Of a stretch of DNA of 64,000 nucleotides, positions 13,462-27,254 are shown one piece after another. The first letter of the stretch is position 1; each line of letters begins with the position of its first letter. The DNA is from Cyanophora paradoxa CCMP329 (Eukaryota; Plantae; Glaucophyta), in assembly GCA_004431415.1 (NCBI GenBank), contig QPMI01000428.1, positions 248,001 to 312,000 on the forward strand, read 5' to 3'. The position numbers were made by a program, and so were the translations under genes. Under the pieces are notes generated by a model that was given only the letters and a program-made list of their open reading frames with translations, had not been told where the DNA came from and did not search any database.

Positions 13462-16400
13462 CTAAGTACGGGAGGGGCCGGCGCCGCGGTTGAATGGGTC
13501 GTACGGGCGCGTGGGGCGGACGGGCGGCCCGCCGGGGGGCAGGTAGGGCCGCGCGATCCGGGGGGTGGGGGAAGCAGCCCCGGGGGCGAAGGCGGGAGCG
13601 CGAGGAGGGTAGCCTGGCGGAGGGGCGAAAGCGTACCCCGAGGAGGCCCAGGGCTCAGCGGGGTACGGAGCAGAGGAGATGGGGCCGGGATGCATGTGGA
13701 GGGGTACGGGGGCATGGCTGACAGGGGGCGACACGGAGGGCGGCGGGGCCATCTGGGCGGAGGGGGGTACGGAGAGGACGCCGGCGGCCGCGGGCGGAGG
13801 GGGCGGCACAGCAGAGGAGGAGGAGGAGGAGGCTGCCGGTGCCGGGAGGGATGAGGGCCCAGGGTACCCGAATTCGATGGGGCCCGGTTCGATTCCCGGC
13901 GGGGCGGGCTCGTCGGCACGGGCCGCCGGCGCCGGCGCCGGAAGGGAGGGAGTCGAATCCGAGGCGGGGCCGATACCGGCGGCGGAGAGCGGGGTGCGGC
14001 AGGCCGGGCAGGTCGACGCTGTACCCCCCGAGTGCGCACGCCAGACGCCGATGCAGCCAGCGTGGAAGAGATTCTGGTCTGTGCGAACGAGGGCGAATCA
14101 GGGACGCTTGCGAACGAAATAAAGAGTCGTCAAGAATGGCAACGGAAGCTGCGCACGGCCACACGGGAGGGGCGCGCCGGAGGGGCCGGGGCCGGTGCCG
14201 GCGCCCAGCGGCTCGAGGCAGATGGCGCACTCGCCCTCGGGGTCCCCGGCGGCGGAGGCGGGCGCGGGCGGCGCAGCAGCTGAGGCGGCCGAAGCGGCTG
14301 AAGCCGCGGGCGGGCTGCCTTCGAATTCGTTCCTCGAGCTCATAGACGGGTCTGAAGCTGCGAGACCTGTGGCCGCGGCCGTCGCGGGACGCGGCCGAGA
14401 GGGACCGGGCCCGGAGGCGGGCGGAGGCCCCCTGCATGAAATTCAGCAAAGAAGTAATGTTAGATTCCAAATTGTGGGCGGCAGACCGGCTCGGGGGGGC
14501 GGCGCGGCCCGCGGCCGTTTGCTGCGCGCTGCCAGAAGAGGCGGGAGCGGGGGCCTCCTCCGCACCCTCGCGGCGCCGCTCCCCCTCGCGCCGCTGCCGT
14601 TCCGCCTCCGCCATCTGCAGCCTCTGCGTCCGCTGCTGCGCTTCCTCCGCCCGCTTCCGCGCAGCCTCCTCGGCCGCCGCACGTGCGCGCCTTGCCTCCT
14701 CGCGCTGCCGCTGCTGCTCCAGCCGGCGCGCCTCCTCCGCTGCCGCCGCCCTCGCGGCCTCGAGCTCCCGCCGGCGAGAGAGCTCGGCCTCCGCCTTCTG
14801 GCGCTCGTCTCGGACCCTGCGCCGTCGCTCATCAGCTGCAATGCGGATCGGCGCCTCAAAGTGGATTTCGCACTTGGCGAGCAAATCGGCGCCGGAATCC
14901 GAGGCGGCGAGCTCGAGCTGGCGCGCCCACCGCCCTGCCTCTCGCACGGCCGCCTCCAGCTGGCCAGCCCCCGCCATGCACTCTGCCCAGCGCGCATGTG
15001 AGGCGCGGACGAGCGGAGGCGCGGGCGGGGAGCTCACGAATGCGGAGCAGGCGAGCCTCGGCGTCTCCCGGCGAGCGCTGCGCCGAGTTATTCGACGACC
15101 TAATTTAATGGCGCACAGGCCGATGCAGATTTAAATCTAGAGCACCTTCAAGAGAGCGTCGAGAAGCGAGCGGGCGCGGGCCCAGTTCGACTGCTGCATA
15201 TTCTCTAGGGCCTCTTTCTGCGCAACCGTCAAACTGAAGCAAAGAGAAAAATCATAGCAACCGTCCACGACTTACGAGGTCCGCGGCGTTGCGTCGGGCC
15301 CGCTCGGCGCGCTCGGCCTCTTGCCGCGCGCGCTCTCGCTCCTGCTCTTCCCGCTTGCGCTGCTCCAGGGCCCTCCGCCGCTCGTCCAACTTGCTCGCGA
15401 TCGAAGGCCGCCCCTTGGCGCGACCAGTCGCCGCTCCCAAGCCTTTGCGTTCCAGTCGCCGCTCCCAATCCTTCGGGCAATTTCGCAACGTTTAACGTTA
15501 ACGGAAATCATGCACGATAATCCCGGATTGATGTATAGTGGTATATATGAATCCTCAAAACGCGTATACTTACATTCACAAGTTCGCTCGGCGAGGTATG
15601 CTCGCCTTCCATGACCATGCCTGTGGGCATCCTCTTTGAAGACAAGACGAAGGCGAGCTCTTGAAGTTTCTGAAGTGTATACGTGATCTTCAAGCGTAAA
15701 ACTTAAGCAATGCAACACAGTAGATTAAGCTCTGCTAACCACATTATAATTTTAATACGAGCCCTAGGCCTGTATACGTACGTGCCTTTGAAAGGTCGAC
15801 GTCGGGCTGCTCGACCTTCAGTCTTAATATTGATATTAGAATTTGAAGCTTCTTCGTGGTTTCGTGAAGAAGCCCGTGAGTCCTCTCAGAGAGTATGAAA
15901 GCGCGCTGGAATCAAGGATTAGCCAGCTGCGGGAAGATGAATCGAAGGAGAAGGAGACGTACACGCAGGAGTGCCTCTAGATCTGCCTCGCAGAAGCGTT
16001 TCTCTTCCGCGGAAAGGCGCGTGATTATGAGGTCTTCCAAGCATAGCTCGAGTTCGGCAGGCTTGTGATTGCCGCACTTCTGCACCAACTCAAGCAGCGC
16101 ACGCTGTAGACGGTCATTATAATAACAGATAGATGCAAGCGGCATTCAGGGTTCTATTGTGCTTTTCAGAGCCTACCTCTAGAATCGCCTCGGCGACAGC
16201 TCTGTCCATCAATTCCATATTCGCAAAGCCATACCAGTATAGCGCTTTACCGAGAAAGCTGCCTTCTCGACAAGATTCGCACGATCGCTCTGCTATCTCC
16301 ATGTTGAGCTGAGTACAAGAATTGAGTCGCGAAGAAGCCTTAAGCTTGAGTGAATCCAAAAACTAATCCAACGTTAACTACGAGCGCTAGTGCGCACGTG

Positions 16401-17450
16401 GAAAATCTGTCTCCCGATGTCCCGAAGGCCTGATGAGAGCAGTATTTTCAGGCCCATGGGTGTTAAGGAGGCAGCAACGCGAAGCCAGGCGATCATCTCG
16501 AGAGTTCCGGTCGCTCTGCGCCGCCATCTGCATGCGCAGGCGCGCATCTACGAGTGAAAAGTCCCGTCGAGTATTTGTTTGTATGTATGCATATATATAA
16601 GGATACTGCGCACTTGGATGTACTTCCAAGCGTCCTCTCGCTCCTCCAGCTGGATGCAAACCCTGGCGAGCTTCCAGAGCGCCTCAGCGACTTCGAATTC
16701 CGGATTCCGAACTCCTCCGATATCGGCGAGCCGCTTCAAAATCTCCAATGTTGCCTGCAAGCATGACGCACGTGCACCTCAGCGCAACGTATTTATTTTC
16801 GACACGTGCGCATGCGCGCACCAGCAAAGCAGATTTCGCACAAGACATTTGCGCATTCGTTTTCAGAGTAACGCATGTCAAGGCAAACCGATCCGCGCAA
16901 ACAAAGAGGTGGCGCATAGAGGCGGCGCCTAAGAGCTCGTCGCGTCGGCTTTCGTCCAGCAGACGAGGAGCGAGGAAGCGCTGCCCGGCGGCCACAAATG
17001 AGAGATCACAACAAGTCACAGAGAAGGCTCCGCGCACGTTAAAGAGCTCATGAACAGCTGAAAGATTAGACGGCGGCTGAAATTTAAACAGAAGACGGGC
17101 CAGCCGGAGGGCATACGCGACCGACACAAGGCTCTGCTCTCCGTACTTGACAACGCTATCATCAAGTTCACTCTGTCGACGAAAAATTAAATACCAAAAA
17201 CTTCAAGATCTAGACATGTATATGGACTAACCTGCCATAGATGTAAGCAGGCGTTGAAGTTCTTTTCGTCAGGCAGTGGTAGCTTCTCTAGGAAGCGGAC
17301 GAAATCGGAGCAAAAGCTGGCCGCCTTGCGATCTCCGGCATGCGCAGGGGGCGATCGCGAGCGCGCCTCCTCGCATTGGTGGCAATTGCACCGGTAATCG
17401 CATGCCCATGATTGAGGATCGGGCCTGGCCGCGTCCGTTGGGTCGATAGA
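13462..17450 (-). CDS. TPR-like / coiled-coil / RING-H2 putative E3 ubiquitin ligase
   Basis: Helical TPR-like exons (VAEALWKLARVCIQLEEREDAWKYIQ; LGKALYWYGFANMEL) and an E/R/A-rich coiled coil. RING-H2 ECAICLEPL...LPCGH|QNLFHAGCIGVW...TCPACR, with the His codon split by intron 14079-14156. Pro-rich tail to the stop at 13462. Start uncertain. Confidence 0.75.
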
Positions 17451-18385
17451 TAAATCGAATGTAAACGCGAGCGTGAGAATTCAAACGTATACGTAAACGC
17501 ACTTGGCGCTCTCAATGATATTGCAGTCGGCGTCGCACGAGACTCCCAATACTGAATTAGATTCAGAGCCAGCTGCAGCTGTAGGGTGATCATAGAGCCT
17601 ACAGCTGTCTGCGGCTGCCGCTGACTCTGAATGTCGATCCATCAGTCGCTGACTGCGGGCGAGCTGTAAATCGGATCAGTGGCTTGGAGTTTTCCTCTCG
17701 CACCTGGGCCTCCGGATCCGGTCCGGATATCCGGATTCCGCTGCGCACGCGCGCGCCGGCCGCGGCCGCGGGCGCCCGGCGCTCCGATCCGTAAACTAAA
17801 CGATCCGTAAACGTAAACCGATCCGTCTCGCCGTACACGCGCGCGCGGGGGGCTGCAGCTGCCGATCAATTGACGTGAGCCGCGCTGATCATATGCATGA
17901 TCATGATCGATATATATATATATGACCTGTCAGCGCGATCGGTTGCAATTCGCGCACCGTGGCCGCTCGCACCACTGCGGACCTCCCGAGGCACACTGCT
18001 CTTCGCACAAGACCTCTTAGCGTCGTTTGCGCGCCTCTGGGCTCGAGCGTGCGCGTTCGCCTTAAGCTTGCACCGCCGAGCTTTACCCGACGAGCTCCGC
18101 CCGACGCACAACCCTCGTCTCCTTTGTCCTCTTGGTGTCAGCCGCGCGCCTCGAATCCTCGCCAATTTTGCAAATGCGCGGCTGCGATTATCGATCGCCG
18201 TGAGCTGCGCTGACCGCTGACTGGCTAGCGCTCTCAATCGTATCGGTGACTCGAAGCTTTCCTCTAGCACAATCCCGGCGCCGGTCCGCCCTCCGCGACG
18301 GCGCTCGGTGAGGATGGACGGAGTTGAGACGACTTCCCCGACTTCCTCCCCCCCGTCAGCCGGGTACAATCGCACCCAAGCAGCC

Positions 18386-19365
18386 ATGAAGGCCAGCGGC
18401 AGGACAGCGCTGCTGGCCGCGTTGCTGCTCTCGGCGGTGTGCGCGGCAGCAGCCAGGGGAGTCTCTTACACGGTGCGCTCGTGTCCCCCCAGTCTAGTTC
18501 CCGCCGCCCCTCCGGTCGGTAGATGTGCTTCAGCATTCCTCTAGATTGCAGGGAGCTGCTCACCGGACCCAGCCGAGACCGCACGACCTCTTCCGAATCC
18601 GCCTGTGCAGATCACACAGCGCAGCACGGGGGCTAGGCGCCAAGCTATAGCTAATGCTAGGCAAAGCCAGCACGCTGCCTCGTTGCAGCGCTGTCGGCGA
18701 TCGCTAGCGTGGCCTTCCCAATCCGTCTCCGAGATCCGCAGAGGAGCTGGACGGCTGACTTTGCTCCCCGCAGTACTCCGGGCCGTACACGCAGCCGACT
18801 TGCATCGAGCAGTCGACGCCGGGTGCCCACTTCCGCCGCCCCCGTCCCATCTCCACAGCTCACGCCGCTGTCCGCTCCGCCTGCCCGCTCCGCCGCAGGC
18901 TTCTCGACGGGAACGCTCTTCACGGTGGACGACCGGCAGTGCTTCACGACGGACACTTTCGGAGAGGTGTTCCGGGACGCGACGGCCGCCTGGGACCGGG
19001 TCCGCCCCGTCATCCTCGAGAAGGGCTGGACGCCCTTCACGGACGACGGCAAGATCTACTTCCGCGTCTCCTGCGCCGGCCGTGCGCCGCCCCGCACATC
19101 ACTCGCATTCGATCCCCGCCCGCTCCGTTAACACGCACCGCCGCGCCCCGCAGAGAAGCCGAACATCGCGACGTACAAGGAGAAGAACTGCGTCGGTGAC
19201 ATCACGTACCTGATCGACCTCGGGAGCTGCGCGGCCGAGAACGGCACGACGACGCGCTACATGCGCTGGGGCTGCTCCTTCACGTCTGCCGCCCTCCCCC
19301 GCGCCGCCCCTTCCTTGGCCGCCGCCCTCCTCCTCGCCCTCCTCGCCGCCTTCGTCGCGTTGTAG
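18386..19365 (+). CDS. Secreted, probably GPI-anchored, small Cys-containing surface protein
   Basis: Signal peptide MKASGRTALLAALLLSAVCAAAA. Spliced exons YSGPYTQPTC.., GTLFTVDDRQCF..IYFRVSCAG and EKPNIATYKEKNC... C-terminal small-residue linker plus hydrophobic LAAALLLALLAAFVAL*. Confidence 0.75.
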
Positions 19366-19366
19366 G

Positions 19367-19400
<34 letters not shown>

Positions 19401-19612
19401 TTTCCCCACTTCCCCGGGGGCCCCTCTCCAGTCGGCCCCCTGCCCCTCTCTCCATCCTTGTACATGCGCTCCCCCCTCCCCCCTCTCCCCGCCCTGCAGT
19501 ATTGTGTCGCCTTCTTTCATTCAAGGCCAATAACTATTAACGTTATTCGAAGCGTCGTCGCCGCTGGCCCCTAATCCGATCGGCCCTAGCTAGCTAACTA
19601 GCCGGCTCGGCC

Positions 19613-22600
19613 CTAGTGGCGGCCGGAGAGGGATCGAGAGCCGACGACGGACGTGCCGGGGCGGATGAAGCCGGGCCCCGGCTGCGGCGTCCCGCCGTTC
19701 CGCACCACGTTGTTGTCGATCAGCGTCGCCACCTGAAATGAAGAACGGACCGGACGACGCGTACCCCCCGTCAGCGCCCGTGCCGCAGTACCCCCTAACG
19801 TGCGCCCTGTACTCCCACCCCCCTTACCTCGTCCGGGGAGTCGGAGTAGGTGTAGACGGCGTCGCGCTCGGCCTTCACGATCGCCGGGTTGTTCGTGAAG
19901 AGCACCGCCTGGGGCGCGGCGCGGCGGGGCGGGAGGTCAGCGGCGGGCTGGCCGGGGAGGGTGGGACGAGGCCGTTCGAGCGCCCCCGCGCCAAGAGCCG
20001 CCCCGGAGGACGTCAGGGGCGTCTGGCCCTATGCGTAGGTGCCGCCTCGGTAGGTCCCTGGGTACTAGGCCTGCTCCTCCCCCCCCCCCCCCCCCCCCCC
20101 CTGCCCCCCCCGCACCTGGCCGAACTCGGGGGGCGAGGCCCAGAGGTCGTCGGGGGGCGGGGCCGGCGCCGCGCGGAAGAAGCCCCGAGCCACCACGAAC
20201 CCGTCCACAGCGAGCTGCAAAGAAGAAGAACAAGGGATAAGAGACGGAAGAAGAAGAAGAAGAAGGGACTGGGAGAAGGGCGGGGGCGGGGGCGCGCCGA
20301 GTACTCCTTGACGCCGCGGGAGGGCGTCTTCGCGTAGTTCCACACCTGCGGGGGCCGCTTTTCTCAGGCGCGAAGGGCCGGCGGAGGGAAAAGGGCCCCG
20401 GCGGGCCTTGAACATGGAGAGCGTGACCGGCTGGTCGAACGCAACCACCAGCTCGTTCGCCTGCGGGGGGAGGGGTACGGCTCGCTCGGGGGGGGGGGGA
20501 AAGCGGGGGGGCTACGGGTGCGAGCGAGCCTGGCCGGGGGTGAAGGGCGCAAGCCACATGTGCTCGTCGTTCCACGTGCTGTTCTCCCCTGTTCGTTCGC
20601 AGCGTCGGCGGGGGGGCGAAAAAGGTGAACGGGGTACACGGAATACAAAGGGGGTACCGTCGCAGAGCTTGTCGGGGGTACGGACGTCCCATTCAGAGCC
20701 GGGGGGCGCTCCCACGTTGACGCTCTCAGGGCACGCCCGGATGTCTGGCGAGAGCGCGAACGAAGCCGAGACTCAGTGCGCCGCGCCCAGTATCCCTACC
20801 CCCGCCCCTCCTTCAAGGGGGTACGGCGCACTCTCGGGGGCGATGGGTATGAAGTCGCCGCGCTCGTCGTAGAACTCGACGCCGTTCAGGCCGGCGTAGT
20901 ACGGGTCTGAGCGCCGGGGGGGGGGGGAGGTTGCTCAGACGAGGGCAGGGGGGGTACGCCGCGCCGCCGGGGACCCACCGCCCCACGTCGAGAAGAAAGT
21001 GAACTTCCACTCCACTGCGCCCCGAATCAGCAAGGGCGGACGTCAGGCCAACGCCTAAGAAAAGCCCCTTGTCCTAAGCAACGCACGGCCGCGGGGGTGG
21101 AGCGGGGTCTCGTAGTCCTGCCGGACGGGAACCGCGCCGTCCCGCGCGGCGGCGGCCGCGGCCGCGGCGGTCGTGGATTCGCCGGCGGCGCCGGGGGACC
21201 GCCCCGCCCCGGAGGCGGCGGAGGCAGAGGCGGCGTGCTGCTGCTGGGCGGGGGGCACGAGCCGCAGGAGCTGCCCGAAGTCGAACGAGGCGTGTCCCGG
21301 CGCTGCAGCGGCGGCGGCGACACCAGAAGCGATCAGCAACGCAAAGCAAAGCGCAGCAAAGAACGGAGCGGGGGAGATCAAAGCGGGGCGGGGCGGACCC
21401 TTGCGGAGCATGAAAGCCTCCGGGGGCGAGACGCGCGCCTCGTCCAGCCACACGTGCACGTGCCGCGCCTGCAGCGAGGGGAGAGAAGAAGAAGAAGCTC
21501 TCAGAGAGGCTAGAGGCTAGAAACGGGAGAAGAAGTTCTCAGGGAGGCTAGAAGCTCTCAGAGAGAGAGAGGAAGAATCTCTGAGCGAGGCTAGGGAGGG
21601 GCGGGGGGTACGGGAGGGCGGGGCGCACGCCGCGGTAGGAGTCGTCCTCGGAGCGGTTGTAGTTCCAGAGGCGCAGGCCCCAGAGCGCCGTCCGCGCCGG
21701 CAGCCGCACCTGCAAGCCGGGGCGGGGCGGTCAGCGTGCAGCACAGCGAAACGCCCCGCCTAGGACCGGAAGCACGGACCTCGACCCAGGCCTCGGAGCG
21801 GAGGGGGAGGAGCAGCATGTGCGACTCGTCCGTCGTCACGTTCGTCCTGCGAGGAGAGGGGGAGAGGTTCGAAGAAGAGGAGGGAGGAAGGGGGCGGAGG
21901 AGGGGCTCCTGACCCGTCGAGGAGGCGGGAGGCGGCCTCGTCCGTGGCCGGCGGGCTGGCGCGGGCGGCGAGGGGCCCGGGGAGCGCCGCCGGGTCCAGC
22001 GGGAGCCGGTTCCGCCCGATCAGCTGCAGTCCTGCGCGAAGGCAAGGATGTTAGAGGCCCGCCTCTCTTTGTTAGAGGAGCGAAGTGCTGAGGATTGTCC
22101 CGAGCCGCCCTCAGCCGATCTGGTTAGATGATCGGATCGCACGAGCCGCCTTTGGTTCAAGGAGCGAAGGAATATTTCTCGTCCTCGGCCAATCTATCTC
22201 TTGCACCTGTGAGGCCGACGGCGTGGGGGTCGCCCCAGTTGGAGGCGAGTACGAGGCGCAGCACGGTGCCCTCCGGCGGGGGGTACTCGTGCTGCACGAA
22301 GGTCGAGGACATCCGCAGCGTCGACATGCGCGCCCGCGCCGAGGCCGCCGTGAAGGGCCGCACGAGCGGCGCGGGAGTCGCCGACGGGACGGGGGCCGGG
22401 GCCGCGTGGTGGACCTCGGAGAGGGGACCCCGGGGCGGGGTGGTGGGGCGGGAAGGTCCAGCGGCGGGGTACAGGCCCGGGCCCATGGAGCCCGAGCTGG
22501 CCGACTCGGGGATAGAGACGAGCGGGGGCCGGCGGGCGCCCCTTTGGGCGGTCGAGGGCCGCTCGGCCGCGCGCTGCCGCGCCACCGCCGCCGCCGCCTC

Positions 22601-24355
22601 CGCCTCCTCCGCCGCGCCGCCCGTCGCCGAGCCGCCTGCGCGCCCGTCAGCGAGCGAACGAACGAGAACGAGAACAAGCAAGCGAGTGGGGCGGGGGGCG
22701 GGCGGACCGGCGGCGCGGGTGGCTGCGCGCTCGTGCTGGTCGAGGGCACGCAGCGTCGCCTCGTCGTTCGTGAACAGGATGCACTGCGCGCAAGGGCGCG
22801 AGGGCGCGAGGGGACGCGGAAGCGTGAGCCACGACCGAAGGTAAGCCGCGCAGGAGCCCGCCCCCTCCCCAGCGCACCTCGGCGGAGCGTTCGGCCCCGA
22901 GGAGGACCCCCGGGGCGGCCGCCACCTCCCCCCGGAAGATCGGCGCCCCGTCCAGCCCGATCTGGGGGGTACCGCGTTAGGAAGGGTGCCGGGGGGGGGA
23001 GGAGGGGGGGGGATGCGGGGCACCTCGACGGTGCGTGCACCGCGGGTCGTGTGCACGCGCGACTTGTTGTAGTTCTGCGCCCGCCGCGTCGGCCGGGGAA
23101 ACAAACGGGCGGGAGGGGTGGGTCGGAAGAAGGACGGAAGAAAGGCGTACCCAGAAGCGGATCATGGAGAGGGTCGCGGGGGCGTCCATGTCCACGTAGA
23201 TCAGGTGAGGCTGAGGGGGGGTACGGCGGTGAGAGGTGGGGAGGGGGGGGGAGACGGGGGCAAGGGAGGACGCAAGGGGGGGCGCACGCGGCCCGGGGTG
23301 AACGGGGCCAGCCACATGTGGAAGTCGTCGCATGTTCGGTTCACCCCTGCAGGTTGGGGCCGGTTGGAGGGGAAGGGGGGTAGAGAGGAGACGGAGGGGT
23401 ACCGTCGAAGAGCTTGTCGACGGTTCGGGGGTCGTCGCCGTACCCCGGCAGCACGTTGATGTCGGCCGGGTCCGCACGCACCTGCCGCCGCACGTCCGCC
23501 AGCCGGATCGGCTTACCCCTCTCGTCGAACAGCTCGATGCCTGGGGGGACGCGTGCGTTCGGGGAGGGTAAGGGGTACGGGCAAAGAGTCGCTGCGGGGG
23601 GTACGCGAACCGGTGAGGCCGACGTAGTGGGGGTCGCCCCACGTGGTGAGGATATTGATCACGAGGCGGGAGCCGGAGGGGAGGAGGGGTACGCGGAACT
23701 CGTTCCTGCGGGAGGAGGGATACGGTGAGGGGGGCGCGCGGCGCGGGAGCGGGCGCGGCGGGCGGCGAAGAACGCACGCGTCGGGAGCGGCGGCGGATGA
23801 CCCGGACGAGGCGGAGGGGGGCAGGGGCGGGCGGCCGGAGGGGCTGGGGCTCGAGCGGGGCGGCGCCGCGCTCGGCGGCTGAAGCTCCGAGGGCGTGGCG
23901 GGCGCTGGGACCGCTGGGGCCGGCGGTGCGGGCGCCGGGTGCTGGACGCGGTCGCTGGCGAGGCGCGCCCGGGCGAAGTTCATGAGCGTGTCCTCCAGGC
24001 CGACCTCGAAGGACGGGCGCGCGAACTCGCCGTGCCGCTCCTTGCGCGCCTCGCGGTCCGCTGCCGCGAACGGGTCGTCCGGCTGCTGCGCGTGCGAGCC
24101 GCCGCGGTGCCCGTGGTGGTCGGTCGGCGGCGCCGACCTCGCCGAGGAGCCGCTGCTCGGGAGCCCTCCGTCCCGCCTCTCCGCGCTCTGTGCTCGCGCC
24201 AGAGACGGCGCGGGGCCTCCGGCCGGCGCCCGCGACGAGGACTGCGAGCTGGCGACGGGCTCGTCGAGCTCCTCGTCCGGCGGCAGCATCGGACGCCGGG
24301 ACCGACCGGCGCTCATCACGCGCGGTGGTCCGGCGCGTGAAGGGTCTCCACTCAT
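19613..24355 (-). CDS. KATNIP: Katanin-interacting protein (KIAA0556/DUF4457 family), ciliary
   Basis: Repeated family motifs: INILTTWGDPHYVGLTG-IELFD, ADPADINVLPGYGDDPRTVDKLFDG, HMWLAPFTPG, SMIRFW-NYNKSRVHTTRG, LASNWGDPHAVGLTG, STWGDPYYAGLNGVEFYD, VWNYAKTPSRGVKEY, QAVLFTN. Stop at 19613; start Met is tentative. Confidence 0.9.
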
Positions 24356-24757
24356 CGAGGGAGTGAAAGGCCGGCCGGCTGCTATCTGACGACTCCCGCA
24401 GGCCCGGTCTTGCTTAGTCACGAGCTCCTCGCGCTCTGCTGCGTTGCTCGGACCGTCTGCCGGGATCGTTGGGGCCCCCGCTCGGTTGCTGGCCCGTCGA
24501 AGCCTGCTCGGCCCCGGGTACACGCGATCGGCCTTGGGCGGCGCTGGATGCCCCGCGAGGGCCTCGACACAGACTTTGGCGGAATCCAACTAGAAGAACT
24601 CCTTGTCGACTTGACGGAGCTCCGCGAGAGCGCGGCGGGCTTGCAGGCGCGTGCGTGGATTCGGAAGCGCGGCGAAGCTCTGAAAGCGACCTTCGAGCTG
24701 CGGAACGTCCTGGTGAACGAGGCGAAAGCAGCCGAAGAGTCGAGCGTGTCCACGCTC

Positions 24758-26734
24758 ATGTCTGGTGCGCTCTTCACGGGCCAGAGCGTTAGCTGCGCGG
24801 CTAACGCGGAGCCCGCCAGGAGAGGCCAAGGACGCTAACGCTGCGCCTGGCGAAAACATCAGCGGCGGTGCGTTACCGCCGAAACGCGCCGGTCGCGTGC
24901 GCGCCGAGAATGCGACATCGAGATTTGGCGTTGCCGCCGCCGCTGACGCCTCGCGCAGTGCCCGTGGACGAGTACCACAAGATCGTCAAGATGGTAAAGC
25001 GAAAGACGCGCCCCGCGCGCGGGACCGCCTCCGAACGTCCTCCGCAGATCGAGGCACAGCAGGCGAGGCTCGATGAGCTTCTCGCTGAGCGCCAGCAGAG
25101 CTACTCCGAGCTGCGCTCTATGGTGCGCGGCCCTCTCCGGCCCGCCCGGGCGCTCCGCCGCAGTTTCCGACATACCGACCCTTCCGCCGCCCAGATCGAG
25201 AACTTCAAGTGAGCTCCCTCCGCGTCGTCCCTGCGCCGCGCCGCGCGCTGAGGCTTCGCAGGAACCTTCAGAGCTACACGAGCGCTCAGTACGACCAGCT
25301 GCGGGACCAGTTCGAGAAGGCGCGCGGGGCCGGGCGGCCGAAGACGCGCCGCCGCTCTGACGCGCCGCCCCGCCCCGCAGATGATTGCCGAGAAGAACGC
25401 TCAGCTGAAGAGCATGAAGCAGGACTTCAACACGACGACCGGCGGCGGCCGCTCCCTCGGCGCCTTCTGCGCCCCTGTGCGCCCCGCCCCGCCCCGCCCG
25501 CGCCGCGCCGCGCCCTCGCGGCTTGGGCTAACGGCGCCCCGCGCGCGCGGCAGTGCGCGCCTTCGGACGGGTCTTCGTTCAAGTTCTCGAACCTCTTCAG
25601 CTGCTTCGGGTGAGAGCCGCGCGCTGGGCGATGCGCGCGCCGTTGACGCGGGCGGGCGGGCGGCGGTGCTCGCGTGCGCGCGCGCAGGTTCCTTGGGCCG
25701 TCGGGACCGACGGCGTCTTCGCGGCCGCCGACGGGCCGGGAGCGCCCGGGCTCCTCTGGAGGCCCCACGCCGCTGCAGCTAGTGGGCGTGGACCGGGCGC
25801 GGGCGGTGGCCGCCATGGACGCGATGCTGGTGGCTAGCCCCGGCGCCCGCTCGGAGCGCGAGCTCCACTCGGTGCTCTGCACCTGCGCCGCCTGCATGGC
25901 GCGCGTGCCGGGGCGGGCCCTCTCCCCGCCCCCGTCCGCCCTGCCCGCCGCCGCCCCCGCCGCCCCGGCCTCCTCCTCGTCCGCCTCTGCTCCGCAGCCG
26001 AGCGACGCGGCGTCCGCCGCGGCTGCGGCCCCGCCGCCGGTCCTTCCCCGCCTCTTCGCCCTCCCGGGCGCCCCCTCACGGACCGGCCCGCCCGAGCCGG
26101 CGCCGCGGGTCGCGGCCGCCGAGCCGCCGCCGGCCCCGACGGGCGAAGATGAAGAAGAGGAGTGGCGAGGTGGGGACGGGGACGGGGACGGGGGCGACAA
26201 GAGCAGCGATTCGCTGGAGGGCGTCGACCCCTACTTCACCAAGCCGCTGGACGTCTCGCTCCTCATCACAAAGCTCCAGGCCGTCTCCTCGGCCTCGGCC
26301 TCCCCTACAAACGACCCGGCGCCGGCGTCAGCGGAGCCGGCGTCGTCCTCGGCTTCGGCGGCGGGGCCCGCAAAGGAGAGGCGGCAGGCGGCTGCGCCCG
26401 GCGCCGCAGCCGCCGCCTCCTCGGCCTCGTCGTCCTCGCGAAAGGGGGCGGTCTCGCCCTCCCCGAGGAAGCGCGTGCCGGCGGGCGGGCACCGCCTCAA
26501 GGCACCGGCGGCGGCTGGCGGGGCGAAGCCGGAGCGGCCATCCTCGGGCCGCGCGCGGGCGGGGGCGGGGGCGGGGGCGGTAGGGACCACGCAGCCCATC
26601 GCGCCGGCGGCAGCCGGCGCCGGCGCCAGCGACGGGACAGGAACCAAGCGGGGCAAGGTGCGGCCCCCCTCCTCTCTCTTCCTCTCCTCCGCTCTCTAAT
26701 CCGCCCCGCCCCGCAGTTCGTCGTGACTCTGTAG
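24758..26734 (+). CDS. Hypothetical protein: N-terminal coiled coil and low-complexity tail
   Basis: Consistent splicing: MSG|EAKDAN..SG|VPVDEYHKIVKM|IEAQQARLDELLAERQ..|IENFK|NLQSYTSAQYDQLRDQFEK|MIAEKNAQLKSMKQ..|..KRGK|FVVTL*. Divergent from KATNIP. Confidence 0.65.
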
Positions 26735-27158
26735 TACCCCCCCCGCGCTTCTGCGAGGCCCGGGCCCGAGCCGGGTACCCCCCTCCATTGTTCTCTTTTC
26801 AGTTTTTCAGCTACTTTCTTCTTAGCCCTTCCAACGCTGGGCCCTTCAGTCCGCGCCCCTCCCCTTTTTTTAAGTCTCTTGCAGCCCTGGGGCGTGCTAC
26901 ACGTGCCCGATAATCCGTCTCTCTCTTTCTCTCTTGTTCCGTTTTTCGCAGCCGCAGTTCACGCATGCACTCTTCGAATCTCGTGTTCGCTCTCTTACCG
27001 TGGAGCCAGGCCGAGGGGCGAAGGAAGCGTCCAGCGGGGCCCGCAAAGGGAGGCGGGGGGGGAAACGGCATGAACACGGGGGGCACGTGAACGTTTACAG
27101 AGGTCTCGGCCCAGCACACAGAGGACTGGTCGCGTCTACATTACCGCGAGGCTCGCGG

Positions 27159-27190
<32 letters not shown>

Positions 27191-27254
27191 AGAAGGCTGG
27201 CCGGCTTTATATGTACAAGTGGGGAACGGAGGGAGTCGGGGGCCGGGGTACGGC

